64,000 nt of DNA from Callorhinchus milii (taxonomy: Eukaryota), in the NCBI RefSeq assembly GCF_018977255.1, contig NW_024704743.1, positions 78,742,001 through 78,806,000 on the forward strand, given 5' to 3'. Below are positions 39,201-54,200 of this stretch, one piece after another. The position numbers and the translations under genes are program-made. The stretch's first letter is position 1; the number at the start of each line of letters is the position of its first letter. The notes below the pieces were generated by a model that saw only the letters and a program-made list of their open reading frames with translations, searched no databases and had not been told where the DNA came from.

Positions 39201-42200
39201 ATAGCACAAAAGAACAATGAACTGTAAAAATTTACAGCCGAGAAGAGGCCATTCAGTCCTTCGTGCCTGTGTTAACTCTCTAAAGTAGGGCATTTGTTTA
39301 AGGAATTTTCACTGGTGGGGCCTAAGCTCAAAGGGGCGCTTGTATCCTGCATCCAGAAACATTAAGTGAATATAAAATTTTAAAAAATAAGAAATAGGTC
39401 GGTGTTACAGTTACGTCACATATCTTGAGCCGCCATGTTCCAGATACATGACAATACTAGCCAGTCTGATGAAGACTCACTACAGATAGGACAGCGTCAC
39501 TGCCTAAACGGTGACCCCTTGGTGACTGCCGACGGGTGATGTTTCCCACCACTTCATTTGTTAAAAAATGCCCTGCTCTAAGGGCATTCATTTAGTCCCA
39601 TTCTCCTGCCTTTTCCTCGTATCTTTTTATATTTCTCCTCTCTGTATATTAATATAATTCCTCTTAAAAGTTACATGAATCAAGAAGAGGTGGTTTGGTG
39701 ATTCTAAGGATGTGTTTTAAAACTCTGTCGATTGCTGTAGTTTAGTGGTTAGAGAACTCGCCTCGCAGGCAGGGTGAAATGTTGGGCAAGTTTCCTTACT
39801 CCACACTCCTCTGTTTACTCAGTAAGTAGGAACGCAGTTGTTAGTCGATCATTTTTCCAGGGGTAATAATCCCTTAAAAAAAATCAATAAAAAACAATAA
39901 TAATTTGGTCACTGAATTCACCACTGTTTGTGAGTCACTGCTGTGCGCAATTGGCTGCTGCGTTTCGCCCACAAAATATACAGTCAATTCACTTTACGTC
40001 TTGAAGATTTGATAAGGCGCTGTATCAAACTGTTAAGGATTACAAGGATTATTATGTCACTCTCTCTATTCTTGGTGGTGTTCGGACTATGGAGTTACAG
40101 TATCCTCATTTAGGTTTCCCAATAAAATAATATGATGCTGTGTTGATTAAATCCTTAAAAAAAAACTGGAGGTTATTGGAATGGGGCAAGTACTGGAATA
40201 GGGCCAGGTTGGAGATTATAAAGATGGTGACAAACTGGAGGGCGTAGGAAGAGCCAGAACTGAAGGTTATAAGGAAGGGGTTAGAACTAGAGTTTATAAG
40301 GATGGGGACAGAATTGAAGGTTATAGGATTAAGTATAGACTGATATGTTTAAGAATAAATCTAGACAGGTCACAGACTCAAGCTCAGAAGAGGGAATGTG
40401 AACAGATAGTTTAAATTCAACTACTTTACACAGAGCAATGAATATATGGAACAAACTACCCGGAGGGACAGTGGAGGGCGATTATGTCAGAAAATTCAAG
40501 AGCAGATTAGACAATTTGCCAAATATGTTCATTGAAGGTGTAAGAAATGAAGGAAAACCTTTTTTTAAAAAAAATCCCTTTGGGGCTGGCCAGATGGGGA
40601 TTTAAAATGCAATATTTTTAACATAAATTGCAAATAGCATCTCTCGTCGGCACCCAAAGTGCATGACACCAACCTGCAGGAAACTCTGGTAATTGGACAT
40701 AAATTGTGTTAGAGTGGCGTTCCCATCAGTCAGTATGATTCAGTTTCCAGCGGGAGCTAATACTTGGCAGCTCAGAGTGGCTATTAGCAATTTCTGTTAT
40801 AAATATTGTCTTTTATGCCCATGGAACATGCTATTCTTTTCCTGCCTATATACTCCTAAATTCCTATTCCTGATCTACTTCAAGCACATTTCCTTTGAAT
40901 ATAAATATTAATCTATTACGTACGATGGAATTCTAAATTGATGAATTCACATTAACCTAACATTATCCTACTTACCTCAGGTAGTTTGTAGCGTTGTTGA
41001 TTGATACCAGTCAGTGTTGAAGCGATCCCCAGAATTGTCCATGAGATAATGAAGAGGATATTGAGGGTCAGATGGATAGTCACTCCTCGCCTAAATTAAA
41101 GCAATGAAATCCAACATCTTTACACTCAAATAGCAGCAAACAAACCACAAATACAAAATAGAACTGGCTTCCAAAACTTACACTTACATTCCAAAGTGTT
41201 TCCATTTAATTTCAATTAATTTCTGCACCACTGGATGCATAATGAGGTCCAGCTGTCGATACTGAACAATGACTTCCAGCTACAACACAAGTGGAGGCAG
41301 AGAGAGAGGAGCAATTTAGTAACAGGTTCATGGATGAAAGGACAACGAAATCATCTACAAAGTACACAGTCACTATATTTTATAATAAAATCCTGTGAAG
41401 CGTTTTGAGAAGTCCTCCCAACATGAAATACCCTATATCAAATGTAAAAAATATTACTATTTTAACCTCAAACCTATGAAATTAGATTTTCTTGAGTTTT
41501 AAAACAAACTCTGAAAAAACTATATTTTGACTACCAATTTATCCTTAGGTTTTATTATGTGAATTGTGTAAATCATTGATAAACACACGTTTAAAGGGAG
41601 AATTTCTGCTGCCATTAACAACAATAACTTGCATTAACCAAATCAAAAGGAATTCAGTAAAGGATTCTAAGTGATACTGCAATCCTTTCATTGGTTCCTA
41701 AGTATACATCACTCAAATCACCTTTAAATTTAATCAAAGCTGCTCCATTTACACTACTCACATAATATTCAGACATCAGTAACACGCTCACATGATACGC
41801 ACATTCATACATCATGTTAAGGATCCCCAGGCACTATTCGAAAAAGGAAGGGAGTTTCTCCCACTGTCCTGGCCAACATTCCCACAAATAAAATTGGGTA
41901 TCCACAATAGTCAATCCACTTTACAGTAAATCCTGAGAAGCACTTTGAGATGTCTCAATGACATGGTAAGGCGCTATACCAAATGCACAGATTATTTTAT
42001 TATTATTTACACAAATGACATAATACACATATTCACACTTCATTTGCACAACTCACATAACAGACTAATTCACACCACTTTGCCCAGTACTTCAGTAGTG
42101 AGTCAGCCTAAACTATGAGCCCAAATAGCAATGTGGAATCCACAATTTCTAGCTGGAGGTGAGAGTGCTACCAACTGAGCCAAGTTGACACCTCAATTAC

Positions 42201-45200
42201 CAGCCTGCAACAAAATATGATGGAAGAGTCCTTTGCTTTATCATGCCGTGTGCATGTTACTGTGCGTTTGATTAATAACTGTAGCTTCACCTTTGGCCAC
42301 ATCTACATAGGCCACTGGAATGACTGAATTTTCCAATTTTTTCTATGTGAAATGAATAGACTCTAATGATAAATAAACAGTTCCCTGGCAATCAGATCCA
42401 GCTCAATTCCAACAAGACTGCACTATAGCGAAAGAATCATACTGTATATCGTTCTTCCAGACATTGTGAGAAATTGATCTCTGTGGGAAATGCTGTTATA
42501 TTTTTCATCTCATGGAACATCTGTGCCTAATATCCACTGGGACGTGGAACATAGAGCTGAAGAGAATGTTAATGTGACTCAGCAGCGGGAACTCTGACAT
42601 CAATGGCACTTCACTGTTGAACACGTTACTCAGAAAAGCAGCAAACAGGTAACTTTCAGGTAATAGCTGATGTCATCCTGATACTGTGTATCGCTATTGA
42701 AATATTCAGAAATCACTCATTATCAGAAATGCAAGTTGAAATTGGATGCTATATTATTAATATATTTTTGAGCCATTCTGCCCACGTTCTCTGACTCGCT
42801 CGCGCTCTCGTTCCCATCTCTCAAGGCCTGTCATCAAAAACAACAACGAGTTGCATTTATATACCGCCTTTCAAAGAGGACGTGCCAAGGCGCTGACTTA
42901 AAACTTACCTCTTTAACCGAACTTTCGGTCAACTTTCCTCTCCCAAACCCTCTCTGCTGCTACCCCCAGCTCGAGTGCCTAGCCAGTATTGTCAAACTAT
43001 TTGAGACATCCTCCTGATGTGAAAGACGCTAAATAAATGTAAATCGTCTTGCCTTGTATATTCTGTAATGACTGTATACATTCTATGATATACATCAATA
43101 TTGCCAACAAATACAGTCATTGTACAGATACTTGAAAAGTTTTGAGATGTTCAAGATATCATAGACGCTATTATCATATGCAAAGATTATTATTATGATG
43201 AATATTATTGGCAGCACATATGGGACAAGTTTAATGTGCTTGCATTTTGGTATCAGAAACTTCAGTTAATAATAATAATAATCCTTGCATTTGATATAGC
43301 ACTTTTCACGTCTTCCAGACGTCTCAAGTGCTTCACAGAATATACTGTAAAGTGAATTGACTGCATATTTGTGGACGAAACGCAGCAGCTGATTGCACAC
43401 AGAAATGTCCCACAAACAGTCGTGGATTGAGTGACCAAATTATTATTGTTTTTTTTTGGAGGGATTATTATCCCTGGAAAAGCGATCCACCAATTGACTA
43501 ACAACTGGGTTCCTACTTACTACTTGTTAAACAGAGGCATGTGGAGTAAGGAAACTTGCCCAACATTTCACTCTGCCAGGAATAGAACCCAGTCTCTCGT
43601 TTGCAAGGTGAGTGTTCTTACCACTGAGCTACAGGAATCCACATATTCAGACACAAAGAAACAGTAATGATAAGTGACCTTTACAAGAAAGAGGTTCAAG
43701 AAAGAGCTTGACCTTGTTTCGGAACATAAGCTTCTACAGGTACTACTACTTATATTTGCTAAGGCTTTTTTCCCCCATCAGGAGAACATCCAAAATCGCT
43801 TCACAGGATGTATTGTAAAGTTCATTGACTGTGTTGGTGAGTTGTACTCAGCAATGTCCCATGAAACAAATGACTCATTTTATTTATGGGTCTGTTGGAC
43901 AGAACACCTTTTCTTTTCAAATAGTGCCATGGGATCTTTAACATCCATCTGAACAGGCAAATAGGGCCTTGGTTTAACGTGTCATCTGAAGGACAGCACT
44001 TCTGACAATACAGTCCTCCCCCAGCACTCTAATTGAGTGTTAAACCTATACGATAATGAGTACCATGGCATCCAAGTGGGCCTTGGACCAACAACCTGTT
44101 GACTCAGAGGCAAGAGTGCTACCAGATAACTGATCATTGGTCTCATGAAACAATTTATTGTGTGCACAGTGACTGAGAGAGGGAAAGCACTTCCCAGAAC
44201 CTCAACACAACACGTGCAGATGAGATAATACTTACAAAAGACTTTGTTCGGCTATCATTGTTCTCTGTTTGGAATGAGATATTGGAAAATCACTATTACT
44301 AAACAGCAAAATGAGTCATAAATTTGTAAGATACTACAGTATATGAATGAGATTAAAGTAAAAGTGCAGAAAACAGTAACACAAAATTGTTTTTCATGAA
44401 CATCCCCCTTATCATGCAGACAATGGTTTCTTAGATGAGGTTTTCAGAGTTCAGATGCTAGCCATGTTTTTAACTTAACAATGAATCTGAGGCCTTCATC
44501 TGACACCTGAAACAATGGTTTAAGTTTCAATTCTTACTTTTTAAACTTAATTCTGAGTCAGTATTTGCCAAAGATGTGTTCAATCGGCGACTTCAAGGTG
44601 AAAGGTTGTAGGACTTTGGCAGCTTCGAACCTTAAGATCTTTTCTCTCGATTGTGAAAAATGATGTATTTCATCAACTAAGATAGAATTCACCTTGTAAT
44701 CAGAACTTCGGAGGCTGCCTCAAGATTAGGTAAAATGAATATGTTGGCTACTCACCTCAAATCCACAATGGCGAGCAAAAGCTTCATAAAGCTCCCCTAG
44801 GCTAAACCAAAGCACTGTGTTGCAGGGAGTGCTTATAGCAAACTGCAGTCAATAATCGACTGACATTCTGCTCTTACGTAACGTAAGTTTGATGTGATGT
44901 GAGAATTCTAATGTCCAATCAAGTCATGAAATGCTACACAATTACCCTCAAAATAACACCAAGTTTGGGGACAATAGTAAACAGTTGACAGAATAACATG
45001 TACGGTATCAGGTAAGTACCTTATACCCTCAGTGATATAAATAGAGTCTGGACCCATTATAATTTACCTCAACATACCGTGGGTTCAGATGTAACATGAT
45101 AACACAGTGGATCCATGATGCACTAGTTTCCTACTTCTGGAGACCCTGGAAGATTGACAAGGTGAGATGTCCTCCTGACGTGAAAGGCACTATATAAATG

Positions 45201-48200
45201 TAATTTATCGTTGTTGTTGTCACCACTGATTGTCATTGAATGTCACCACATTAGCACTCAGTATCATCCCAGTCCACTGAGACACTGATTTTTCTGGGCT
45301 GAGGTGCATTACACCACCGCTCTCAAACCCCTTCACTAAACTGCAGCCATGAGGGCTGGAATACCGAATGGGAGTTACTTGCTGATGGTCTTGTGTTTCT
45401 CTCTGGAGAAGGTCTCAAGCTGGAGGAGCTCTCGAACCAGAAATGCCCAGCCAAATAACAGTCATTGTTCCAGAGTTGCAAACTCAAAGTTATAACACGG
45501 CTGACTGTAAACATGTTTTTCTTTGCTCTACAACTATGTCACGCATATCGTCTGAACTTGGCAAAGAGATGAAGATTCTGGAAGTGTATAACAAAGGGCT
45601 GTCTTTGTCCAGAGAGAGCCTATTACATGCGGATTGGCATTTTGACACTGGTCTAACTTGCTTAGCAACAGATATCCCTTGACAATAGTGGAAATCCTAG
45701 CTACAAAATGCTTTCATATGGTTACCCAATATTCAGCTGTGTCTCAGTTTATATGGGACTCGAGCTGTAAAATAACTCGATCTTTTAATTCACAAAATCA
45801 CAAGATTACTTAAGATGAAGGAGGCGTTTTGGCCTATGTTATTTCATCCTTCCAGAATACCTGACCTGCAATCCTTCCTTCACAGCATCAAGCTGTTTTT
45901 TAAATGAGTCCAGTGTCCTGGCAGCAACAACCCTTCCTGGTAACCTGTTCCAGTCGTTTCTACTATCTTGATGCTTCCTAAAGTATCGTTATTATTTTTC
46001 AGTCCCCTTTAAAATGCTATACAATGTACCTTTCTAAGGTCTCCTCTGAGATGATGTGTCTCAAGACTGAAGAGCCCCAGCTTGTCTAATCGAGCTCAAA
46101 CTTGCCTAATCCTGCTTTGCCTTATCTAATCAACTCCTACCTTGTACAATCATTGATAAAGGAGTTTTTTTCTGACCTGAGGGTTGAGGCACCAAAACGT
46201 TCAACTTGAAGTATTGCTTTCTGTTAGCCCGGTCTTTAATGAAAAACTGATCTAGGGCCACATTTGCCTGTTGGATTCAGAAAGAAAGATATTTTATACA
46301 ATAAAATAAAAATAGTTCATTCCTCAAAAGGTACTTTTATCTTTCACCATTCCAATGTTCTTCCCTTCTCTTCAGGAGACATTGACTGGTACCTTAAAAA
46401 TCCTTCATAAACAGTAGGAGACCCAGGTGGAATTTCTCCTCACCAGTAGCTAATCTTCATGCATAAATATTGAATAATTGCTTTTCAACCCTGGGTTGTG
46501 TCCTTTTGATGTGTCTGTGAACATTTATTAAAGATGTATTTCTTCAAGAGGAGGGTGACCATGCTTACAGGTACCCCCCACCATCCGCCCAGCTCATCAT
46601 CGCGCTCCTCCACTGTCAAGTGCTCTGGGACACTAACCTGCGTGAGGGGTGCTACACGAATGCAAGTTGTTGCACTTACAACAGGAGGCATGTTTGCTAC
46701 CATCAACGTCAAGCATAATTGTCCAGTATTATCGTAAACTCCTGCATCCGCTTGAAATCCCACGAGTAATCGAGCTGCCTCACTGCGATCTGCAAATACA
46801 GAGAAGGATTTAGAAACGGGAAATACTGCAACCTATTCACACTAGATCCATTTTAGATCTCACAAGGTGGCCACTGACTTTATTCCACCCGAGACATGGT
46901 GCTATCATCCAGATTTAGCTCCAATTTGTAAAGTGGCAACTGCCACATATGTATGCATGGGTGTCCCTGGTAACACTTGTATTATTGTAATTATTGGAAA
47001 TCTGGTGGATATTGCACACAAGTTATTACACTTCACAATTTATCCTGTGAAGTGCTTTGAGATGCCCTCACATGCAAGGATTATTAAGTTATTACAGTTT
47101 AAATCACTCTATGCTGGCAGTTTCTACATGGTTTTCAGTGATGGATTAGCCAGATCAATAACATTACCACGTTATGTATGAATGGATGTTTCTTTTCTCG
47201 ATACGTTTGAACTTCCTAAAATAGCTACTTTTTGTAGGATATTGATATTTTTGTTCAAGCCATTTCTGAATAGTCTTATAACAGTTGCAGTTGCACTGAT
47301 AATTTTAGGAACTATGTTTGTTTTACATTCCCACATACGTCCGCATTTAATTTATAGTTCAATATTTTCCTGAGCTTCTCTAGTTCCTTATTTCTTAGAT
47401 TGTAATCTTTTCGGTTAGTCACTCCGGGATGCTACCCCGATTGAAAGGTGCTATATAAATGCAAATTGTTGTTGTCACATCAATAATACTATATGTACAA
47501 TCTATTTGGTTTGTTATGATATCTGGTTTGTTATGGATTATAGTTGTATCTGTATGTACTTGTCAGGTCTCAGATTATTGTAATGTTATTTTTGATATCA
47601 CTTTTGTTGGTTAATGTTCAAACCAGTTGGTCTTTACATCAATGGATTATTATTATAAGTCTTTCCCCCAAACATAGTCAGGGCGTTTTCTGTCTCTAAG
47701 TATCACCTCAGGCTAGCTGGCTAACAGTGGAATGTGCTGGTAATTGCTGTTGAAATAGTTTAGGGGCACAACAAAAAAGCCCCAAGTTCCCGAAGCTTGG
47801 GAGGTTTTCTACCTCAATCACTATCCAGTGACCCTTGATGGAAATATATATGGACTTTAGGCACCCAGAACATGGCAAATGTCTCAAAGAAAATTTTAGC
47901 TTGCAAGGGGAATGCAACAATTGTTTAAGCAATATACATAGTGGACAGAAGAGCAGATAGTCCATGATGGAATTAATAGGTATAAATATAGAGGTTCAGG
48001 ACCACAGACAGTGAACCTTACCAAGTTCTGCTGCAAGTTGCAAAGGTGTCCGCTGTTTATAGTCTCTTGCCTTCATATCAGCTTTATGTTTCAACAGGCA
48101 CTTCAGGGAATCAATGGCATCATACTTTGCCGCATAATGTAAAGGGGTCTGCATCATCCCAGTTGTCTTCACTTCCATGTCCGCTAAATAAATAGGATGC

Positions 48201-51200
48201 AATTTATATATGTGTCACCTTTCACTTAACAAACGTCTAACTATTTTACAAAATTGAAGTGATTAGAAATGAAAATGAAGTTATACCCATTCATGTAATT
48301 TGCACTGTACTACAATTGTACAATGATTATTGATTTGACATTAACACATGCTGGGTTGTGTGCTAAACTAAACCGGTGGCAATGTCACAAGGCATTGTTA
48401 AGCACAAAACCGACCATGAAATTCAAGGCCCGAAATACCACCTTGTCTTGTCTGAGTCAGTAAGACCATTGTGTCTTAACTTTACGGTGGTACAGAATCA
48501 TGCAAAATTCTTCAAGAAAAATTAGTAAAAGCAGGGATTTTAAACTGATCAAAAAAAAAAAATTTGTTAAAGCGGGGTTGTTAAAGCGATCAAACAAGCC
48601 ACCAAATTGTACCCCTGATCTGACTAGCTCTCAACATAAATCATGAGAGCCTCAGAAAAATAAGGCTCTTTAACCCATTTAATTTTATCCTTTTCGAATA
48701 CCCACCCACTTCCTCCCACTACAGCATCAAACTGTTTCTTAAATGAGTCCGGTATCCTGATTTCAACTAGCATTCCTAGAAACCTGTTCCAGTCGTTAAT
48801 TATCTTGGGGAGGAAGATTTAATTCTGAAGATTATTAATTATGAAGTAATATTAGCCTGATGCCCTAGCTGATTGAACACTCATTTCCTGAGGACATTGC
48901 CTTCAGAAGGAACCTGGCTGTATCATTGTCAGCCCTGTTAAAAACATATCTCTTCAATTGTGCTTTTAGTCAACCTATTTAAATCTCCCTTTTCAAGTGC
49001 TCTATATTATATCTTCTAAGTGATTTAAGATATCCTTTCACCATGAAAGGCATTATACAATCGCAGGTTGGTGCTGTCAAAATTATAATAACATTTTTAA
49101 AAAACTTGCATTTGGTATATAAAGCCTTTCACGTGAGGAGGATATCTCAACCTGCTTCACACAATTTTACTGTAAAGTGTAATGAAGTGTACTTTGGGGA
49201 CAAATGCAGTAGCCAATTTACATACAGCTATGTCCCACAACAACTATGAAATAAACGACCAATTTTATCTTGGGGACACTGGGAAACTCCCTTCACTTTT
49301 TGAATTGTGTCATGGAATTCTTAATGTCCCCTGAACAGGCAGATGGGACCTTGATTTAACATTTCATCTGAAGGACGGATAAGGCTATTAGAATATTATT
49401 CTTACCACCGATGTCAAGCAAAAAGGCCACCATTTCAGGATAGTCCACCGCTGCTGCCACATGCAGTGGAGTCACACCATAGTTATCAGCGATAGTAACA
49501 TCAGCCTGTCTCTCAATAAAATACCTGGCAACATCAGGGTGCCATACATGAGCTGCCTGTTGACAGAAAGATCAAACAGTTAAACCATCGAGTCTGTACC
49601 ATTTTGAAACCATTCCTGATCATCAGTAATCTTAGTGGGCAAGTGTGTCTAATTCTTCCATAAATTTATGAGTCTTATGGGGAGAAATTCTATCTGGTTG
49701 TAGATTTATTTGATTTCCGCAGCATTTTAGAGCATCTGGAATTTGGCAATTTGTTGAATTCGGACTTAACTTTGAAGTGAATTTTGTGTGCAGGGTTCAA
49801 TAGGAGAGATATGGGAGGTGGAAAATGTTTTGCAACTTTTGGAAGGTTACCTTTGGGAATCAGGAAATAGCCATGCATTGCTTTTCCTTTTTGGAAGTAA
49901 AATGGGGAAGCAGCGTGGAGTCTATACAATAGTAGGTCCTGTATAGGCTGTGGAATCAATAGGCTTTATAGATCATTTGACCCTTTTCTCATTCCATGCT
50001 TCATGTTTTTATTTTGGAGTCATCTCTCATTCACCTTAAAATACAATACAAATGAACCTTTATAGCAGAGCCTTTTAGTTCGGGAGGACGTCCCAAGACC
50101 ACAGTCTTTCAAATACCTGCATATTAATAATAATCCCTCCGAAAAACAAAATAATAAATTGGTAATTTTCAATCCACGACTGTTTGTGGGACACTGCTGT
50201 GCGCAATTGGCTACTGCGTTTCGCCCACAAATATACAGTCAATTCACTTTACAGCTTATTCTATGAAGCGCTTTGAGACGTCTAGAAGACATGAAAAAGC
50301 GCTACATCAAATGCAAAGATTATTATTTTATTTTGTTGTTATTCTCCCTCATACAGATGACCTTCCTGCATAGTGTACAGTACTTTACACTGTTTTACAT
50401 TTCTTCCAGTATTTTACAATCTGTGAATGACCCATGAGATACCATCCTGTGTATGATTTGAATTACTTTTTTTAAAATTTAATGTGTCCAATTATTTTTC
50501 TAATTTTCTCCTGACTTGTATATACAACAACATTACATTTGTATAGTGCTTTTCACATTGGGAGGACGTCCCAAGGCGCTAGACAGACAGAGTTATGGAC
50601 CCGAGCTGAGGGTTGGAGTGGGGGAATGTGGAGGGCAGGAGGGGAAGCAGGGAGATCGAAAGCACAGTCGAAGAGGAGAGTCTTGAGGTGGGTCTTGAAG
50701 TGGCGAGGGAGAGGACAAGACGGAGGGACTGTGGGATAGAGTTCCAGAGGGTGGGTGCAGAGTGGCAGAAGACCCACCCGCCGATAGTGGGGCAAGCAAG
50801 GCGGGGAATGTGAAGCAGGTCGGAGCCCGCTGAGCGGAGGGAGCGAGCAGGATGGTAATGGGGGTTAGGAGGTCACAGAGGTAGGGGGGAGCAAGACCGT
50901 GGAGGGCTTTGAAGGTGAAGATCAGGATCTTGAACTGTATCCTCTGTGTGATGGGAAGCCAGTGGAGTTGGGCAAGGATGGGGGTGATAGGGTCACAGAG
51001 CCTAGTGCGGGAGAGGACACGGGCTGCAGAGTTCTGGATGATCTGCAGCCTGTGGAGGGAGGAGTTGGGGAGGCCGACAAGCAGTGAGTTTGCATAGTCA
51101 AGCCTTGATGTAATGAAGGCGTGTATGAGGGTTTCGGCGGCCTGCGGCGTGAGACAGTGTCAGAGCCCGGCCGCGTTGTGGAGGTGTGGATAGGCAGAGC

Positions 51201-54200
51201 GAGTCATGGTGCGGATGTGGGGTAGTAAAGGATAGTTGAGGGTCAAACTAGACCCCAAGGTTCCAAGACCCCACTTCTTGTATATGCCTCTCTACTCAAG
51301 GCTCTGGCATCCTCTTGCCTTAGTGCAGTTTCACAGGGTGCTAGTTACTCTCTGATACCCATTGGTAATGTGAGCCTTGAGTGTTGGCCGGCCATTCTGT
51401 AGAGCACATCACAGCAGAGCCTGATCTCTCTGCACTTCTGGTTACCACACATGTGCAGAGCCAGTAGGGGGAGCTTGAGAGGCATCACAAGCAGGAACCT
51501 GGCTGTTTTTCCCCTCTCTAATCCTGGTTTAACCTCCCCAGGATCTGATCTCAACCTCAGCTTTTCTATCCATTACACTCTGGATGCCTCCATCATCATA
51601 TTTAACTACTATTTATTGACTTCACACAATCGAGGTTGACTCAATTTATACCACTTTGCATCCACAAAGTGATTTAAAAAAAACTTCCTTGAAGGTTAGT
51701 GATCAAATTCTGACATTTCACGGGGTGTAGAATTTGTGCTAATTAAAATCATGACTAAAACCCTCGGATGCAATGTTGGACAGCATTGTAACCATAGCAG
51801 ATTTTAAAAATATTTTGTAACAAATTCTTTGAAATAAACTGTTACCAATTACCCCATGTAAGACTCCCTGTCCATATCTGTCAGTAGCATTAATATTCGC
51901 TCCATTTTCCAGCATTGAATCCAGGTAATGCAAATCAATCTGAAAAACAGAGATGGTTGATGAATTTGGTTGTTGACATTGAATATTACAAGAGTTAAAT
52001 TGTAATACTGTAATCCAGGATGTTGTACAAGAAAAGGCTTGGGGTCAAATTAGCAATCCTGGTCTCATTGCTTGATTCCAGAGTTCCTTTCTGTTGTAAC
52101 CTTTCTTGTCTTTTGCTCTTTTGTTGATAAAATTATGGCTATTGCTCACCTGGATTTTCATTTCTCAATCCTCATAAATTCTAATATATACACTCTAATG
52201 CTCTTCCTCCTAGAACCATGGAAATTTATAGCATAGAAGAATGCTATAAATTCAGCCCAACATATCCGTGTAGGCTCTTTTGCAGAGAAATCCTTTCAGT
52301 CCCATTTACCTGTAGTTTACTGCTTTTTGACTATCTATTTGGTTCCCTTTTGAAAGCAATATGGATTCAGTCTCAACCTCTGCTCCCACCAGGGCAATCC
52401 ATTAACTAACTAACTATTCTGGGCATGAAAAAATATCTCCTTAACCTCCCCATTTATTCATTTGCTACCTATCTTAAATTGATGCCCTCTAGTCATTGAC
52501 TCACCGATCAGGAGAAATAGTTTTTCCCTATTGATTCTATACAACCCCTTCATAATTTTAAAGACTAGGTCTTTATATCAGGCCACCTCTCAATCTTTGA
52601 TCCAACAGAAAAAGTCTCAGTTCCTTCAGTCGCTGCTCATAGACCAAACTACTCAACCTGATATCATCCTAGTAAATCTCCTCTGCACCCCCTCTATTGA
52701 CTTGACATCCTTCCAAAAGCAGGTTGACCAAGAATGAACACAATTTTCTAACCACACTAAAAATAAAACTCTTCTTATTGTCCCTATTACAGATATTGGG
52801 GAATGTCCGTGTTTAATACAAATGTGGAACTCTTTGTATGGTTTGAATACTCTTAAGCATGGTGATGGGTTTCCACACCTGGCTGACACCAGCTGGCCAC
52901 ATATAAATTCTCTCCAACTCTTTTGTATTCTTTTCCCTGGATCTCAAAACTGTTACTTCTCTGAGCTTTCCACTCTTACAGGATTTTAAACCCACTTGGC
53001 CACTTCATCATGATTTATCTCCATTTTGTTTGAAACTTTATGGGCCTTGGCCCTTCCCTTTCGTTTTCCGTTAAAAAACAAAGCACTATTTGCACGCACC
53101 ACCTAAGCACAAACTTGAGCCAAATCTGAGAGCAACAACCAGATGCACGCACAAATGTTCTTCCTACAAAAGAGTTCCACTTGATTGATTAGATTGATTA
53201 CTCAGATTGATTAAAATATCCAATTTATAATGTAGTGATAACATTTAATGTGTTTGGCCAAATTATTCCTTCACTAGAAATTACTGCTCTAGCTTTGGAC
53301 ATTACTAAACTGTCTTCTACAATATCAATGTATAATGTTTGTAAATCCCAAAACACAGTTGTGATTCACTAATTCCTTTGGTTAAACCCTCACATCCACT
53401 CTGTTCCACAATCTTCCCAGTCACTTTTCCAGAATCCTTTTACACTTGCTTCTCCTTGTCACTGTCCAATTGCCAATTAAGTCATTAAAGCGATATGTAA
53501 CACATGACATAGGCATGACATACTGCAGCACTGAAATAGGCCATTCAATCCATCAAGTATGTACTGGGGCTAGGTCTTTCACTATTTAGCTCTTATCCTG
53601 GAACTTGTTTGATCAGGTGCCACATAATAGACTAGTTAGCAAAATTGAAGCCTGTGGAATAAAAGGGACAGTGGCACCATGATACAAAACTGTCTGGGAG
53701 ACAATAAACAGAGGGTAGTGGTGAATAGTTGGGTTTTTTTAGACTGGAGGGAAGTGTACAGTGGTGTCCCCCCCACCCCCAGGGGTCGGTATTAGGTCCA
53801 CTGCTCTTTTTGATACATGTAAATGATTTGGACTTGGGTATAGAGAGCAACATTTTAAAGTTTGCAGATGACACAAAACTTGGGAATGTAGTAAACAGTG
53901 GTAGGATGGTAGGAGACTGAAGGAGGACATAGACCGACTGGTAAAATGGGCAGACACATGGCAGATGAAGTTTAATGTAGAGAAGTGTGAGGTGATGTAT
54001 TTTGGGAGGAAGAATGAGGAGAGGCAATATACAATAAATAGTACAGTTTTAAAGGGGGTACAAGAGCAGAGAGACCTGGGGGTTCACATGCACAAGTCTT
54101 TGAAGGTGGCAGGACAGATTGATAGAGCTTTTAAAAAGCTTATGGGATCCTTGGCTTTATAAACAGAGGCACAGAGTACAAAAGCAAGTAAGTTCTGCTA

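Noticed and set aside
43040..43110. Short inverted repeat tctgtaatgactgtat...atacagtcattgtacaga
   Set aside because: Probably two oppositely oriented SINE remnants.
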